A stretch of DNA of 64,000 nucleotides from Candidatus Latescibacterota bacterium. GTDB taxonomy: Bacteria; Latescibacterota; UBA2968; UBA8231. The position numbers and the translations under genes were made by a program. Positions 49,434-61,417 of the stretch are shown piece after piece. The stretch lies in the NCBI GenBank assembly GCA_965243025.1, contig CBDETY010000003.1:6272001-6336000 (forward strand), read 5' to 3'. Numbering within the stretch: the first letter of the stretch is position 1; each line of letters opens with the position of its first letter. A model generated the notes under the pieces. That model did no database searches. It was not told the origin of the DNA and saw only the letters and a program-made list of their open reading frames with translations.

Positions 49434-50138
49434 GTGTCCGAACATATCGGCATCCTCCGGGAGCGCTCGCTCCACGCCTCGGTCAAGCAGTGGTACGCCC
49501 TGCCGGGCGACCTGCTGGAGGAGCGGGTGGGGGGCTACGTCGTCGACATCGTCCGCGACGGCAGCATCGCCCGCGACCGCCAGCTGCTGATCGAGATCCA
49601 GACCCGCGGCTTCGCCCCCCTCAAGCGCAAGCTGCGGCAGCTGACCGAGGAGTACGAGGTCAGGCTGGTTCACCCGATCCCGCGCGAGAAGTGGATCCTG
49701 CGGCTCGCCGCCGACGAAGAGACCGTGATCGGCCGGCGCAGGTCCCCGAAGCGGGGGATGGCCGCCCACCTGTTCGAGCATCTCGTCAGCATTCCCGAGC
49801 TGGTGAGCAGGGACTCGTTCAGCATCGAGGTGCTGATGATCCAGGAGGAGGAGGTGCGCTGCTACGACGGCCGCGGCAGCTGGCGCCACCGCGAGTGGAC
49901 GCGCCGCGACCGGCGCCTGCTCGACGTGGTGGAGCGCCGGATTTTCGCGCAGCCGGCCGATTTCCTCGGCTTCGTTCCGGCGCAGCTGAACAGGCCGTTC
50001 ACCAACCGCGAGTTGGCCGAGAGCACCGCCTACGCCCCCCGGCTGGCGGAGAAGCTCACCTACTGCCTCAAGAAGATGGGCGCCCTGGAGGTGGTCGGCA
50101 GGCGCGGCAGGGCGCAGCTGTTCGCCGAGGCGGCCTGA
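49434..50138 (+). CDS. Hypothetical protein with PD-(D/E)XK nuclease-like motif and C-terminal winged helix
   Basis: ERSLHASVK..Y, GYVVDI...LIEIQT; C-terminal PFTNRELA. Confidence 0.65.
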   Translation: MSEHIGILRERSLHASVKQWYALPGDLLEERVGGYVVDIVRDGSIARDRQLLIEIQTRGFAPLKRKLRQLTEEYEVRLVHPIPREKWILRLAADEETVIGRRRSPKRGMAAHLFEHLVSIPELVSRDSFSIEVLMIQEEEVRCYDGRGSWRHREWTRRDRRLLDVVERRIFAQPADFLGFVPAQLNRPFTNRELAESTAYAPRLAEKLTYCLKKMGALEVVGRRGRAQLFAEAA

Positions 50139-50245
50139 GCGGAGAGAGCTGTCGGCGGTGAGGGTGCGCTTGTTGCGCCGGTGTTGCCACGGCAGGGCGC
50201 AGCTGTTCGCCGGGGTTGTCTGAGCCGAGAGACCTGTTACCGGTA
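50105..50245. repeat. Degenerate tandem duplication (85-bp period) of the gene 3' end
   Basis: CGGCAGGGCGCAGCTGTTCGCCG is identical at 50105-50127 and 50190-50212; similarity continues as CTGAGC.GAGAGA.CTGT. Confidence 0.8.
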
Positions 50246-50355
50246 GTACGGGGTTGTTTTTTCGTCCCCGGCGAGGCCTGCCTTTGCCGCCGCGATTGCC
50301 CGCAGGTGCCGGCGGGGCGAACTTCACCGCGTCCGGAACCTGACCTGAAAAGCAC

Positions 50356-51180
50356 ATGACCAAGCTCGCCTTCATGAGCAGCGTTTGCCCCGACTGGACG
50401 CTCGGCGAGGTCGCCGGCGCCATGAAGGAGAACGGCTACACCGGTTTCGAGCCCCGCGTCGAGTGGGGCCACCTCTGCGGCATCGAGGCCGACCTGCCCG
50501 CGGAACGCCGCCGCGAGACGCGGGACCTGTTCGCCTCCGAGGGTCTCGAGATCTGCTGCCTGGCAACCGGGGTGCGCATGGCGGAGCCGGATGCCTCGGA
50601 GCGCGCCCACCACATCGAGGATCTGCGGCGTTACCTCGACCTCGCCGCGGACCTGGAGTGCGGGCTGGTGCGCACCTTCGGGGGCCGCCGCGACCGCGGC
50701 GCGGAATGGGCCGGGGTGGTCGACTACGTCGCCGCCGGCTACCGGCAGGTCGTCGACCAGGCGCGGGACGCCGGCGTCACCCTGCTGCTGGAGACGCACG
50801 ACGACTGGTCCGCCACGGCGCCGGTGCGCGCCGTGATCGAAGCGGTGGATCACCCCTGCCTGCAGGTGCTGTGGGACTTCATGCACCCGCAGCGGATGAT
50901 GGAGACCCCGGCCGAGTCGTTCCTCGCCGTCGGCATGCTGACCCGCCACACCCATGCCCACGACGGCCGCTGCGTCGACGGCAGGCTGCAGCTGCTCGAC
51001 CGCCTCGGCGACGGGGAGATCGACCACGCCGTTCCGCTGCAGCTGCTGAGCCGGGCGGGCTTCGAAGGGTACGTGTCGGTCGAGGTGATCAACCGGTCCG
51101 GAAGCGGCTACGATGCCCAAGCCGTGCTCACCCAGCACGCCGGGGAGCTGCGGCGCCTGGCCGCCTCGCCCTCCGGTTGA
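50356..51180 (+). CDS. Sugar phosphate isomerase/epimerase (xylose isomerase-like TIM barrel)
   Basis: GFEPR, LLETHD, WDFMH, HTHAHD, LGDGEID, VSVE. Confidence 0.88.
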   Translation: MTKLAFMSSVCPDWTLGEVAGAMKENGYTGFEPRVEWGHLCGIEADLPAERRRETRDLFASEGLEICCLATGVRMAEPDASERAHHIEDLRRYLDLAADLECGLVRTFGGRRDRGAEWAGVVDYVAAGYRQVVDQARDAGVTLLLETHDDWSATAPVRAVIEAVDHPCLQVLWDFMHPQRMMETPAESFLAVGMLTRHTHAHDGRCVDGRLQLLDRLGDGEIDHAVPLQLLSRAGFEGYVSVEVINRSGSGYDAQAVLTQHAGELRRLAASPSG

Positions 51181-51238
51181 GAGGGGATACCCGTTCCCCT
51201 AGGTTACCGGCCCGCCCATCCATTTCCCCCCGAGTCGG

Positions 51239-51715
51239 ATGACCCAACAACACCCACCCGCACAGCCGGCCGCTTTCGTCAAGCTTGCGGTCTTCGAAAA
51301 CGAGCTCGAAGCGCGCCAGTTGGAGTCGGAGCTTCTCAGCCGCAGCATACCCCACCTGGTCAAATCGTACCGCGACCCGGCGTACGTGGGGATCGTGCAG
51401 AACCACCGCGGCTGGGGCCATCTGGAGGCTCCCGCCATGTTCAGGGAGGAAATCGAGCAGATCCGCCGCGACCTCGGCGAGTCGGCGGACCCTCTCCCGC
51501 CGGGCACCCCGAAACCCGGTTTTGTCCGCTGGGCTACCTGGCTGTTTCTCGGCTGGCTTGCCGTCCTCGGGATGATGGCTTGGTCCGCTGACGAAGGTCT
51601 CCTTGTCAATTGGGTATCCACGGTCCTCATCCTGGTCCTGGCCGCCTGGTTCATTCGCCGCCCGGCAGGGCGCATCCTCGAGAGGCTTAGAACCCGCACC
51701 CGCGAAAGCTCCTGA
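51239..51715 (+). CDS. DUF2007-like domain with two C-terminal TM helices
   Basis: ENELEARQLESELLSRSIPH..KSY.D.AY.G; two hydrophobic C-terminal segments. Confidence 0.65.
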   Translation: MTQQHPPAQPAAFVKLAVFENELEARQLESELLSRSIPHLVKSYRDPAYVGIVQNHRGWGHLEAPAMFREEIEQIRRDLGESADPLPPGTPKPGFVRWATWLFLGWLAVLGMMAWSADEGLLVNWVSTVLILVLAAWFIRRPAGRILERLRTRTRESS

Positions 51716-51735
51716 CCTCAAACCCCCGGAAACCA

Positions 51736-53088
51736 ATGTCAATGGACAACGAATCGTCGCACGAAATCAGGGAAGCGCCCCGGGGTCTCGGCGGCATGCT
51801 GCGCAACATCGGCCCCGGGATCGTCGTCTCAGGGTCGGTGGTCGGCTCCGGGGAGCTGCTGGTGACCACGCGCATGGGGGCCGAAGTCGGCTTCGTGTTC
51901 CTGTGGGGGGTCATCGTCGCCTCGGTGGTCAAGTACTTCATCCAGGTCGAGCTGGGCAGGCAGTGCCTGCTCAACGACGAGACCACCATTCAGTCGCTCG
52001 ACCGGGTCCGGGGATTCAGGATGCGCAACACTTCCTGGAACGCCTGGCTCTGCATCCTCGGATTCCTCGGCGTCATGATCGCCCTCGTCGGCATCCTCGG
52101 TTCGGTGGGCGGGATGATGAGCTCGGTGTTTCCGTGGCTTCCCAAGTGGGCGTGGAACTGCGTCATCTTCGCCCTGCTCAGCGTGCTGATCTACCGCGGC
52201 CTCTACGAAGACCTGGAGAAGATGGTCTCCTTCCTGGTCGCCGCCTTCAGCCTCATCGTCATCTTCTGCGTCCTCGCCCTGCAGGGCACGGAGCACGCCA
52301 TCACCGGGGCGCAGCTGGCCTCGGGGCTGCGCCTGGCCATGCCGTCCGAAGGGGCCTTCACCGCCCTGGCGGTAATGGGCTCGGTCGGGGCCACCGCGGT
52401 CGAGCTGTTCATCTATCCCTACTGGATCCGGGAGAAGGGGTACCCGCGGTTCATCGGGCCGCGCGACGATTCGCCGGAATGGCGGGAACGCTACCGCGGC
52501 TGGATGCGGGTGGTGGCGGTCGACGCCGGGGTCTGCACCGGAATCGCCGTGGTCATCACCTGCGCCTACTACCTGCTGGGGGCCTCGATCCTCAACAAGC
52601 TCGAGGTGATGCCCGAAGGCTACGAGGTCGTCGACAACGTATCGCTGATCTTCACCGAGTCCCTTGGGGGGTGGGCCAAGAACATCTTCATGTTCGGCGC
52701 CTTCTGCACCCTGTTCTCGACCCTGCTGGTGTTCGCCGCCAGCTCCGGGCGGGTCATGCTCGATTTCCTGCGCCAGATCCGGGCGGTGGCCCCGAAGACG
52801 AGCGAGCAGCGGATGTTCCTGCTGCGGGTGCTGCAGATCGGCATCCCGCTGCTCTGGCTGCTCGGCGAGCTGCTCTACGCGCAGAAGCCCTTTCTGCTGC
52901 TCCGGCTCGGAGCAAACTGCAACAACCTGCTGCTGATCCCCTTGGCGTTCGGAGTGATGCACCTCGCCATGCGCCTCGGAGAGCGGGTGCGCATGCCGAT
53001 GTCCATCGAGCTGGGGTTGATGATCACGATCTGGGCGGTGACGATGTTCACCGGGTTCAACCTGTTCCAGCTCTGGACCTCGAACTGA
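51736..53088 (+). CDS. Nramp-related (YcsG-like) membrane transporter
   Basis: IGPGIVVSGSVVGSGEL, KYFIQVELGR, YPYWIREKG; about 11 TM segments. Confidence 0.85.
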   Translation: MSMDNESSHEIREAPRGLGGMLRNIGPGIVVSGSVVGSGELLVTTRMGAEVGFVFLWGVIVASVVKYFIQVELGRQCLLNDETTIQSLDRVRGFRMRNTSWNAWLCILGFLGVMIALVGILGSVGGMMSSVFPWLPKWAWNCVIFALLSVLIYRGLYEDLEKMVSFLVAAFSLIVIFCVLALQGTEHAITGAQLASGLRLAMPSEGAFTALAVMGSVGATAVELFIYPYWIREKGYPRFIGPRDDSPEWRERYRGWMRVVAVDAGVCTGIAVVITCAYYLLGASILNKLEVMPEGYEVVDNVSLIFTESLGGWAKNIFMFGAFCTLFSTLLVFAASSGRVMLDFLRQIRAVAPKTSEQRMFLLRVLQIGIPLLWLLGELLYAQKPFLLLRLGANCNNLLLIPLAFGVMHLAMRLGERVRMPMSIELGLMITIWAVTMFTGFNLFQLWTSN

Positions 53089-53450
53089 GCCCGGCCAACA
53101 GCATCGGCAACGCTCGCAGCTCACGCTTCAGGGGATCCAGCACGTACCCCAAGGCTTCGAGGGTGACCACACCGAGGAGATTGCTGTCCCCGGTCTCGCC
53201 GAAGATAACCGGCGCCGCCCCCCGCTGGTCCTTGTAGCGGAACAACGCATCTCCCAGGTCGCGTTCGATCTCGTCGCCATTGGCCAGGGTAAAAGCCCGG
53301 CGAGAGTGCGGCCGAATGCCCAGATCGTCGAGGACGGCCCGCTGGACGACGGAGTAGACGGCACCGGAGTCGACGAGGAAACGCTCGGTATGGAAGTGTT
53401 CCGAGCGGGCGGGATTGGCGATGTCGATGTCGAGATAGGTAAGTCCCATG
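53057..53450 (-). CDS. Clan AA (retropepsin-like) aspartic protease; start approximate
   Basis: FLVDSGA and LLGVVTLEALG motifs. Confidence 0.85.
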
Positions 53451-53667
53451 GGACGCACTCCGGTTGCTGAATCCCCGGCTCCAGAGCGAATGCGGCCGGG
53501 GCGGATTTCAATTTCTGTATCTCTATCATCACCGTTTCGCGTGCTGAGTCAACACCGGGCCTCTGCGGGAGGGCATTTCGGGGCTCGACCGAGCAATGTC
53601 ATATTGCTATCGATTCAAGGGGTAGGTGGGCCCACTCCGGCCGTCCGCGCCGGCAAAGCCCTGGGCC

Positions 53668-56337
53668 TCAGTACTCGTACGACAGCGAGATGTTCCAGCG
53701 CCGCGGCAGCCCGAGGAAGACGCGGGCGCTGGCCGCGTCGTGCCCGTCCCCGTCGTCCGCGTCGGAGACGTAGAGCTCGTCGAGCAGGTTGAAGACGTGC
53801 AGCCGCAGCCTCGTCCTGCCGTCGCCGAAGGCGCCGCCGGGCAGACTCCACCCCGCGTGCAGGTCCACGAGGTTGTAGTCCGGAACCTTCCACGACTGCC
53901 GGCGGTCGCCGGGGTCGGTGCGGTTGGCCGGGTCGAAGCGGGCGTAGTGATCCATGAACCGCCTGAAGCCCAGCGAGGCGTAGAGGCCCTGCGCGGGAAA
54001 CAGGGCGGCGCTCAGGGCCAGGCTCTTCTGCGCCGCGTCCCCGACCTTCAGCCCCCCGGCGTACACCTGGAAACTGCCGACGGCTTCCGGATCCTCCTCC
54101 GGTGAGAAGGTGACGTCGACGTCGTTGAGCCATTCCCACTCGCCCAGCGACAGCATGCCGCGCAGCTCCAGCATGGGGTGGAGGCGCGCCTTGAGGTCGA
54201 GCTCGACCCCCTTGTGCAGCGCGTCGATGCCGTTGAGCAGGAACCGGAAGCTCTGGTCGAGCTTGTCGCTGTAGATGCTCTTGGGCCAGGAGCGGTCCAT
54301 CCAGCGGGTGTAGTAGAGGTTCGCGTTTCCGGTGAAGCGGCCGGGCTCGAGGTAGCCGGCCCCCAGCTCGAAGGAGGCGACCTTCTCGTTGAAGGTGGGA
54401 TCGTAGAGGCTGTTGTCGTAGTGGTAGACGGAGTCGAACTTCGGCGCCGTCGACAGCCAGCCGGCGTTGGCGTAGAGATTGACCGTGGAGGTCAGGTTGT
54501 AGTTGCCCCCGAGCTTCACGGTGTAGCCGTTGAAGTTGGCCCAACCGGTCTCGTCCCACTCGCCGTCGACCTTGGGGCGGAAGTAGTCGATGCGGCTGTA
54601 CCCCGTGATCGACCCGGAGGCGCTGGTGAAGGCGGTCAGGTCTCCGAACCGTCCCTCGAGCTGGGCGAAACCGCCGCCCCAGCGCGTGAGGCCGTCGTTG
54701 TGGTAGGAGACCTTGTCCCCGAGCCGCTTGACCGGGCTCGCGGCGTTGGCGTCCCACTCGTAGACGAAGTAGTCGGCCCCGAGCAGGTTGCGAACCTCGC
54801 GCCAGTGCTGGCCCTTGTAGTAGCGCAGGTCGGCGCCCAGGGCGAGCCTGAAGGCGCTGCTCAGGCCGTATTCGGCCGTCCCCAGGTATCCGTACCAGAA
54901 GTGGCGGTTCACCGAGTTGCGGATCGCCGTCTGCGCGGCGATCTCGTCTTTTCCCACGTCCCCTGCGTCCACCAGGTCGGGGTCCGCTTCCGCCGCGGTC
55001 ATGGTGTTGAGCTCGTCCGCAACCCGCTGCCAGTCGATGCTGCCGTCGGCGTGCTGGCCGGGGTTGGCTCCCAGGCGGCCGGTGCCGCCCCCCTTGCCGC
55101 GGGAGAAGTAGAAGACGTTGGACAGGATCAGCCGCTCGCCGGGGGTCCAGTACCAGTTGAGGTTGACCTGCGGCTTGTGGTAGAAGTTCTCGCGCTCCAT
55201 CAGGACCGCGCTGTCGCGGGCGTCGTGGAGCTTGCCGTTGTAGTGCTCCCGGTAGGACGGGAAGGGCGACGGCCCCCAGTTGGGGTTGAAGCTGGCGCCG
55301 CGGCTCTCGGAGTCCGTCACGTCGATCCCCAGGGAGCGCGCGTAGCCGGCGTCAAAGGTGGCGATGGACTGCTTGTAGAGCCGCTGCCCGTGGCGCTGCG
55401 GGGCGCCGGCGGCGAACAGGTCGATCTTGTGCTCGTCGGAGGCGAGGAAGCTCAAGGCCCCGAAGTAGGACCAGGCCGACGTCCATGCCTGGTCGGGAAG
55501 GCCGTCTCCGGTCTTGCGGGTAACGCCGAGGGTGAGGGCGGTTCGGCCGTTCATCAACCCGGAAGAGAAGCCGACCCTGGTCTTGTAGAAGGCGGCGCTC
55601 CCGGCCTCCTGCTTGATCCGGAACCCGCGGCGCGCGCCGGCGACGTCGGTGATGATGTTCAGGGTGCCCCCGACCGAGGCGATGGCGAGGTTCGAGGCCC
55701 CCAGTCCGCGCTGCACCTGGACCGACGACGTCGCGTCCCCGAGGCCGTCGAAGTTGGACCAGTAGACCCAGCCGTTCTCCATGTCGTTGACCGGCACGCC
55801 GTTGATCATCACGGCGACGTTGCGCTGGTCGAACCCCCTGAGGTTGATGCGGGCATCGCCGGAGCCGCCCCCCTGCCCGGTGACGTACACCCCCGGCGTG
55901 TCGTCGAGGATCAGCGGCAGGTCCCGGGAGCCGAGCTTGCGGTCCACCTCCGCCCCGGGGACGTCCGAGAAGGCGACCGGCGTTTCCCGCAGCTTCGCCC
56001 GGTCGGCGACGACGACGATTTCCTGGCCCCGGAACACCTCGGGAACCAGCTCGACGAGCAGGTCGACGGCACCCGCCGTTACGAGAAGGGGAAGGCGGAG
56101 CTCCTCGTAGCCGATGTGGCTGGCGACAAGGGTGTCGCTACCCTCGGCGACGCCGGCGATCTCGAACTCCCCGTCGAGACCGGTGGAGGTTCCCCGGTCC
56201 GCGTTCTCGAGGTACACGTTCGCACCCGGAAGGGGCTCTCCGGTCCCGGCGTCGCGCACCGTGCCCTTCAGCACGGCCGCGGCCAGGGCGGAATGGGCGG
56301 GCAGCAGCAGAATGAGCGAGATCAGAATCGGCTTCAT
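53668..56337 (-). CDS. TonB-dependent receptor with N-terminal carboxypeptidase-regulatory-like domain
   Basis: Signal peptide; GEPLPGANV; plug INLRGF...INGVPVND; VFNLLD..Y; ends ISLSYEY. Confidence 0.93.
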   Translation of the reverse strand: MKPILISLILLLPAHSALAAAVLKGTVRDAGTGEPLPGANVYLENADRGTSTGLDGEFEIAGVAEGSDTLVASHIGYEELRLPLLVTAGAVDLLVELVPEVFRGQEIVVVADRAKLRETPVAFSDVPGAEVDRKLGSRDLPLILDDTPGVYVTGQGGGSGDARINLRGFDQRNVAVMINGVPVNDMENGWVYWSNFDGLGDATSSVQVQRGLGASNLAIASVGGTLNIITDVAGARRGFRIKQEAGSAAFYKTRVGFSSGLMNGRTALTLGVTRKTGDGLPDQAWTSAWSYFGALSFLASDEHKIDLFAAGAPQRHGQRLYKQSIATFDAGYARSLGIDVTDSESRGASFNPNWGPSPFPSYREHYNGKLHDARDSAVLMERENFYHKPQVNLNWYWTPGERLILSNVFYFSRGKGGGTGRLGANPGQHADGSIDWQRVADELNTMTAAEADPDLVDAGDVGKDEIAAQTAIRNSVNRHFWYGYLGTAEYGLSSAFRLALGADLRYYKGQHWREVRNLLGADYFVYEWDANAASPVKRLGDKVSYHNDGLTRWGGGFAQLEGRFGDLTAFTSASGSITGYSRIDYFRPKVDGEWDETGWANFNGYTVKLGGNYNLTSTVNLYANAGWLSTAPKFDSVYHYDNSLYDPTFNEKVASFELGAGYLEPGRFTGNANLYYTRWMDRSWPKSIYSDKLDQSFRFLLNGIDALHKGVELDLKARLHPMLELRGMLSLGEWEWLNDVDVTFSPEEDPEAVGSFQVYAGGLKVGDAAQKSLALSAALFPAQGLYASLGFRRFMDHYARFDPANRTDPGDRRQSWKVPDYNLVDLHAGWSLPGGAFGDGRTRLRLHVFNLLDELYVSDADDGDGHDAASARVFLGLPRRWNISLSYEY

Positions 56338-56457
56338 GGACCTCCGCAGCGGGGGAAAGGACGCAAGGAGAAAATGGCCGTGGGCGCCGTTGACGAAGGC
56401 GGGAAACACCGCGCCTGCGGGGGCGGCGGCAAGGCTGGCCATGATGAGTTGTACGGG

Positions 56458-58713
<2,256 letters not shown>

Positions 58714-58852
58714 AGGCCGGTTGAGTCTCCCCGGGCTCGCGGATGTCCCCGGTCTCGATTCCGGTGAGACCGCGGTAACTCACAGAATGCCATCAGCCCC
58801 AGACACCCCGTTGATAAAGTTGCTCTGCCGGCCCCGGCCCGGATGGACTTTT

Positions 58853-59632
58853 TCAACGGGCTGCCCGGCCCGGATCGCCGCCGTACTGCTCGACGAGGTC
58901 GCGGTAGTTCACGCCCGTTCCCCCGAACAGGTCGAGCGCCGATCCCACCGTGAAGTCGAGCCGCCCCTGCCCGAGCTCGGCGACGAGCTCGACGTCCCCC
59001 ATGGATGCGATGCCCCCGGCGTAGGTCGTCGGAAGCGGACTGGCATCGGCCAGCAGCCGCATCAGCTCCCCGTCGATGCCCCCCTGCTTTCCCTCGACCT
59101 GGGTCGCGTGCACGAGGAACTCGGAGCAGAAGGGGGCGAGGCTCTCGAGGCTGGCCGCGGTGATCTCGAAGTCGGTGAGGGTCCGCCAGCGGTCCGCCGC
59201 GACGAAGTAACGCCCGTCCCGGGCGGCGCAGCTCAGGTCGAGAACGAGGTTGCCGGCGCCGACGGCGGCGGCCATCTGCTCGGCGCGGGAAGGCCAGAAG
59301 GCGGCATTCTCGAAGAGACAGGAGGTGGCGATGACGGCGCCGGCCCCGCGCCGCAGCCAGCCGGGGGCGTTGCCGGGGTTCATGCCGCCGCCGACCTGAA
59401 GCCCGCCGGGGAAGGCTTCGAGAGCCTCGGCCGCAGCCGTCTCGTTTCCCGGGCCCAGCATGATCACGTGTCCGCCGGGGAGCCCGTCGTCGCGGTAGCG
59501 CCGGGCGAACCAGGAAGCCGGCTGGCGGCTGGTGAAGTTGGTCCGCGTCCCCTGCGACGGGTCGTCGAGGGTGTCGCCGACGATCTGCACGACCCTGCCG
59601 TCGCGGAGGTCGATGCAGGGGCGGAAACGCAT
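58853..59632 (-). CDS. hisA: ProFAR isomerase, eukaryote-like (His6-type) HisA
   Basis: MRFRPCIDL..G.V.QIVG.TL, GGHVIMLG, LQVGGG, LVLDLSC, EFLVHA..VEG. Confidence 0.9.
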   Translation of the reverse strand: MRFRPCIDLRDGRVVQIVGDTLDDPSQGTRTNFTSRQPASWFARRYRDDGLPGGHVIMLGPGNETAAAEALEAFPGGLQVGGGMNPGNAPGWLRRGAGAVIATSCLFENAAFWPSRAEQMAAAVGAGNLVLDLSCAARDGRYFVAADRWRTLTDFEITAASLESLAPFCSEFLVHATQVEGKQGGIDGELMRLLADASPLPTTYAGGIASMGDVELVAELGQGRLDFTVGSALDLFGGTGVNYRDLVEQYGGDPGRAAR

Positions 59633-59648
59633 GGCGCAGCCTGGCGCC

Positions 59649-60515
59649 CTAGCGGGCGGCGCCGACCTTGAAGGCGGGGATCTCGTCGCTGCGTTCGATC
59701 TCGTCGCCGGTGTGTTCCCCGATCCACTCCTTCAGGGGGACCTCCCCGTCCACCGGGATCTGGAAGCCCATGGCGCTGCTGCAGTCCCCGAGGAGCTGCC
59801 GGCGGACCGGGTCGCAGCGGTCGAGCAGCTCTTCCGGCATGCGGATGTAGTCCATCGGCCGCAGCCAGCGGTACCCGTACCCGAAGAAGAGGGTTTTGCG
59901 CGTGACCTGGGAATGGTTGGGGCCGACTGCGTGCATGGTGCGGTTCTCGAACAGCACGGCGTCGCCCGGCCGGCAGCGCATGGCGAACTCCTCGCTGCCG
60001 TCGAGGTCTCCTTCCGGGGGCTCGACCCCGGTGTCGTTGCTGCCCGGCAGCAGCCGGATGGCGCCGCGGCCCGGTTCGCTGATGTCGCTGAGCCAGTAGG
60101 CGATCTTGATGAACATGCGCGGCTGCGCGGGGCCGAGATCGGAGGGGCAGGTGCCGCCGTCCCGGTGCCATCCCTGGCGCCCGTACGAGGAGCCGGAGTC
60201 CGCCGGGATCGGCGGTCTCACCACGAGGTGGGAGGTGATCAGCTGGACGTTGTGGTTGAGGAGCTGGACCACCAGCGGCACGGTGGCCCGCCAGTCGAGC
60301 AGTTCGAGGAAGACGTCGTCCTCGACCAGGCAGTTGCGGAGCTGCCAGAAGCCGCGTTCGTTCAGCCCGCCGGCGCGCCTGCCGCGCTCGTACAGGCGGT
60401 CCGAGGCCTCGAGCAGGCGCTCGACCATGCCGGAGGGCAGGGCCTGCGGCACCACGAGAAAGCCGTCGCGTTCGAAGTCGTCGCGCTGTTGACGGGAGAG
60501 CGGGGTGAATTCCAT
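59649..60515 (-). CDS. Phytanoyl-CoA dioxygenase family Fe(II)/2OG oxygenase
   Basis: FERDGFLV, WHRD, LLPGS, PGDAVLF....MHA..PN.S...R. Confidence 0.9.
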   Translation of the reverse strand: MEFTPLSRQQRDDFERDGFLVVPQALPSGMVERLLEASDRLYERGRRAGGLNERGFWQLRNCLVEDDVFLELLDWRATVPLVVQLLNHNVQLITSHLVVRPPIPADSGSSYGRQGWHRDGGTCPSDLGPAQPRMFIKIAYWLSDISEPGRGAIRLLPGSNDTGVEPPEGDLDGSEEFAMRCRPGDAVLFENRTMHAVGPNHSQVTRKTLFFGYGYRWLRPMDYIRMPEELLDRCDPVRRQLLGDCSSAMGFQIPVDGEVPLKEWIGEHTGDEIERSDEIPAFKVGAAR

Positions 60516-60549
60516 GACCGGTACAACGAAATCCGGCGAACTGGGGGGG

Positions 60550-61137
60550 TCAACCCTCCTGGCCGCCGGGGACGTCCGCTGCCGCGGCGACGTACACGCT
60601 GACCGCGCTGTCCCCGGACGGGCGGCGGCGCTCGAGGCGCAGGGAATCGAGGGAATCGGGAAGTTGCAGGCTTCCGGGGTGCTGAACGAACATCATGCCG
60701 CCGCTGCCGAGCATGCCGGAGAGCGCGACCTGCTCGGCGAGCGCCAGGCTCAGGGGGCGGCCCCCCAGGGCGGTCTCGTACGGCGGGTCGACGTACACCC
60801 CGTCGTAGCGGCCGTCGGCCCGGGAGATCAGGGCCTGCGCCTTCCGGTTGGAAAGCTGCAGGCGCTCGTCGACGCCCCAGGCCCGCAACAGCTCCCGGAG
60901 CATCCGGTAGCGCCTGCCGTCCGGCTCGCAGGCGGTGACCCGCGCGCCGCGGCTGTACGCCTCCAGGGCGATCTGGCCGCTGCCGGCGCACAGGTCGAGG
61001 AAGGACCGGCCCGCGAGCGGGCCGAGCATCGAGAAGACCGCCTCCTTCAGGCGCGCCGAGGTGACGCGGATCTCCCCGTGCCTGCGCGGGTTGAAGGGAA
61101 TCGAGCGGCCTTTCAGGGAGCCGGTGACTATGCGCAC
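60550..61137 (-). CDS. rsmD: RsmD-family 16S rRNA m2G966 methyltransferase
   Basis: MRIVTGSLKGR, KEAVFSML, FLDLCAGSG, SRGA, VDPPY. Confidence 0.82.
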   Translation of the reverse strand: MRIVTGSLKGRSIPFNPRRHGEIRVTSARLKEAVFSMLGPLAGRSFLDLCAGSGQIALEAYSRGARVTACEPDGRRYRMLRELLRAWGVDERLQLSNRKAQALISRADGRYDGVYVDPPYETALGGRPLSLALAEQVALSGMLGSGGMMFVQHPGSLQLPDSLDSLRLERRRPSGDSAVSVYVAAAADVPGGQEG

Positions 61138-61417
61138 GGTCGGTACTTCAGAGCGGGAACCGGATCGAAGGCAATGGCGTTTTCAGCCTTGGAGGATTGT
61201 TCTCGGTGCGAAAATCCTCAGCACCACCACGACAGGGTCTGGTCGTGCTCAATGCCGAAGATAACCCGGTATTCGCTTTTTCCCATCGAGCGGGGACTGC
61301 ACATCTCTGCAGTACCCGCCAGGAACTAGCCATTCCGCATGGTTGCACGTCTTACTCACGTCCCTGCTGTTCAAACCAGTGTATGCTTCTCGAGCTCGAC
61401 GCTCGGGGTTCGCTCGC

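Noticed and set aside
61140-61417. AT-richer intergenic stretch with short ORFs and hairpins
   Set aside because: No recognisable RNA motif or protein similarity; likely the divergent promoter region.
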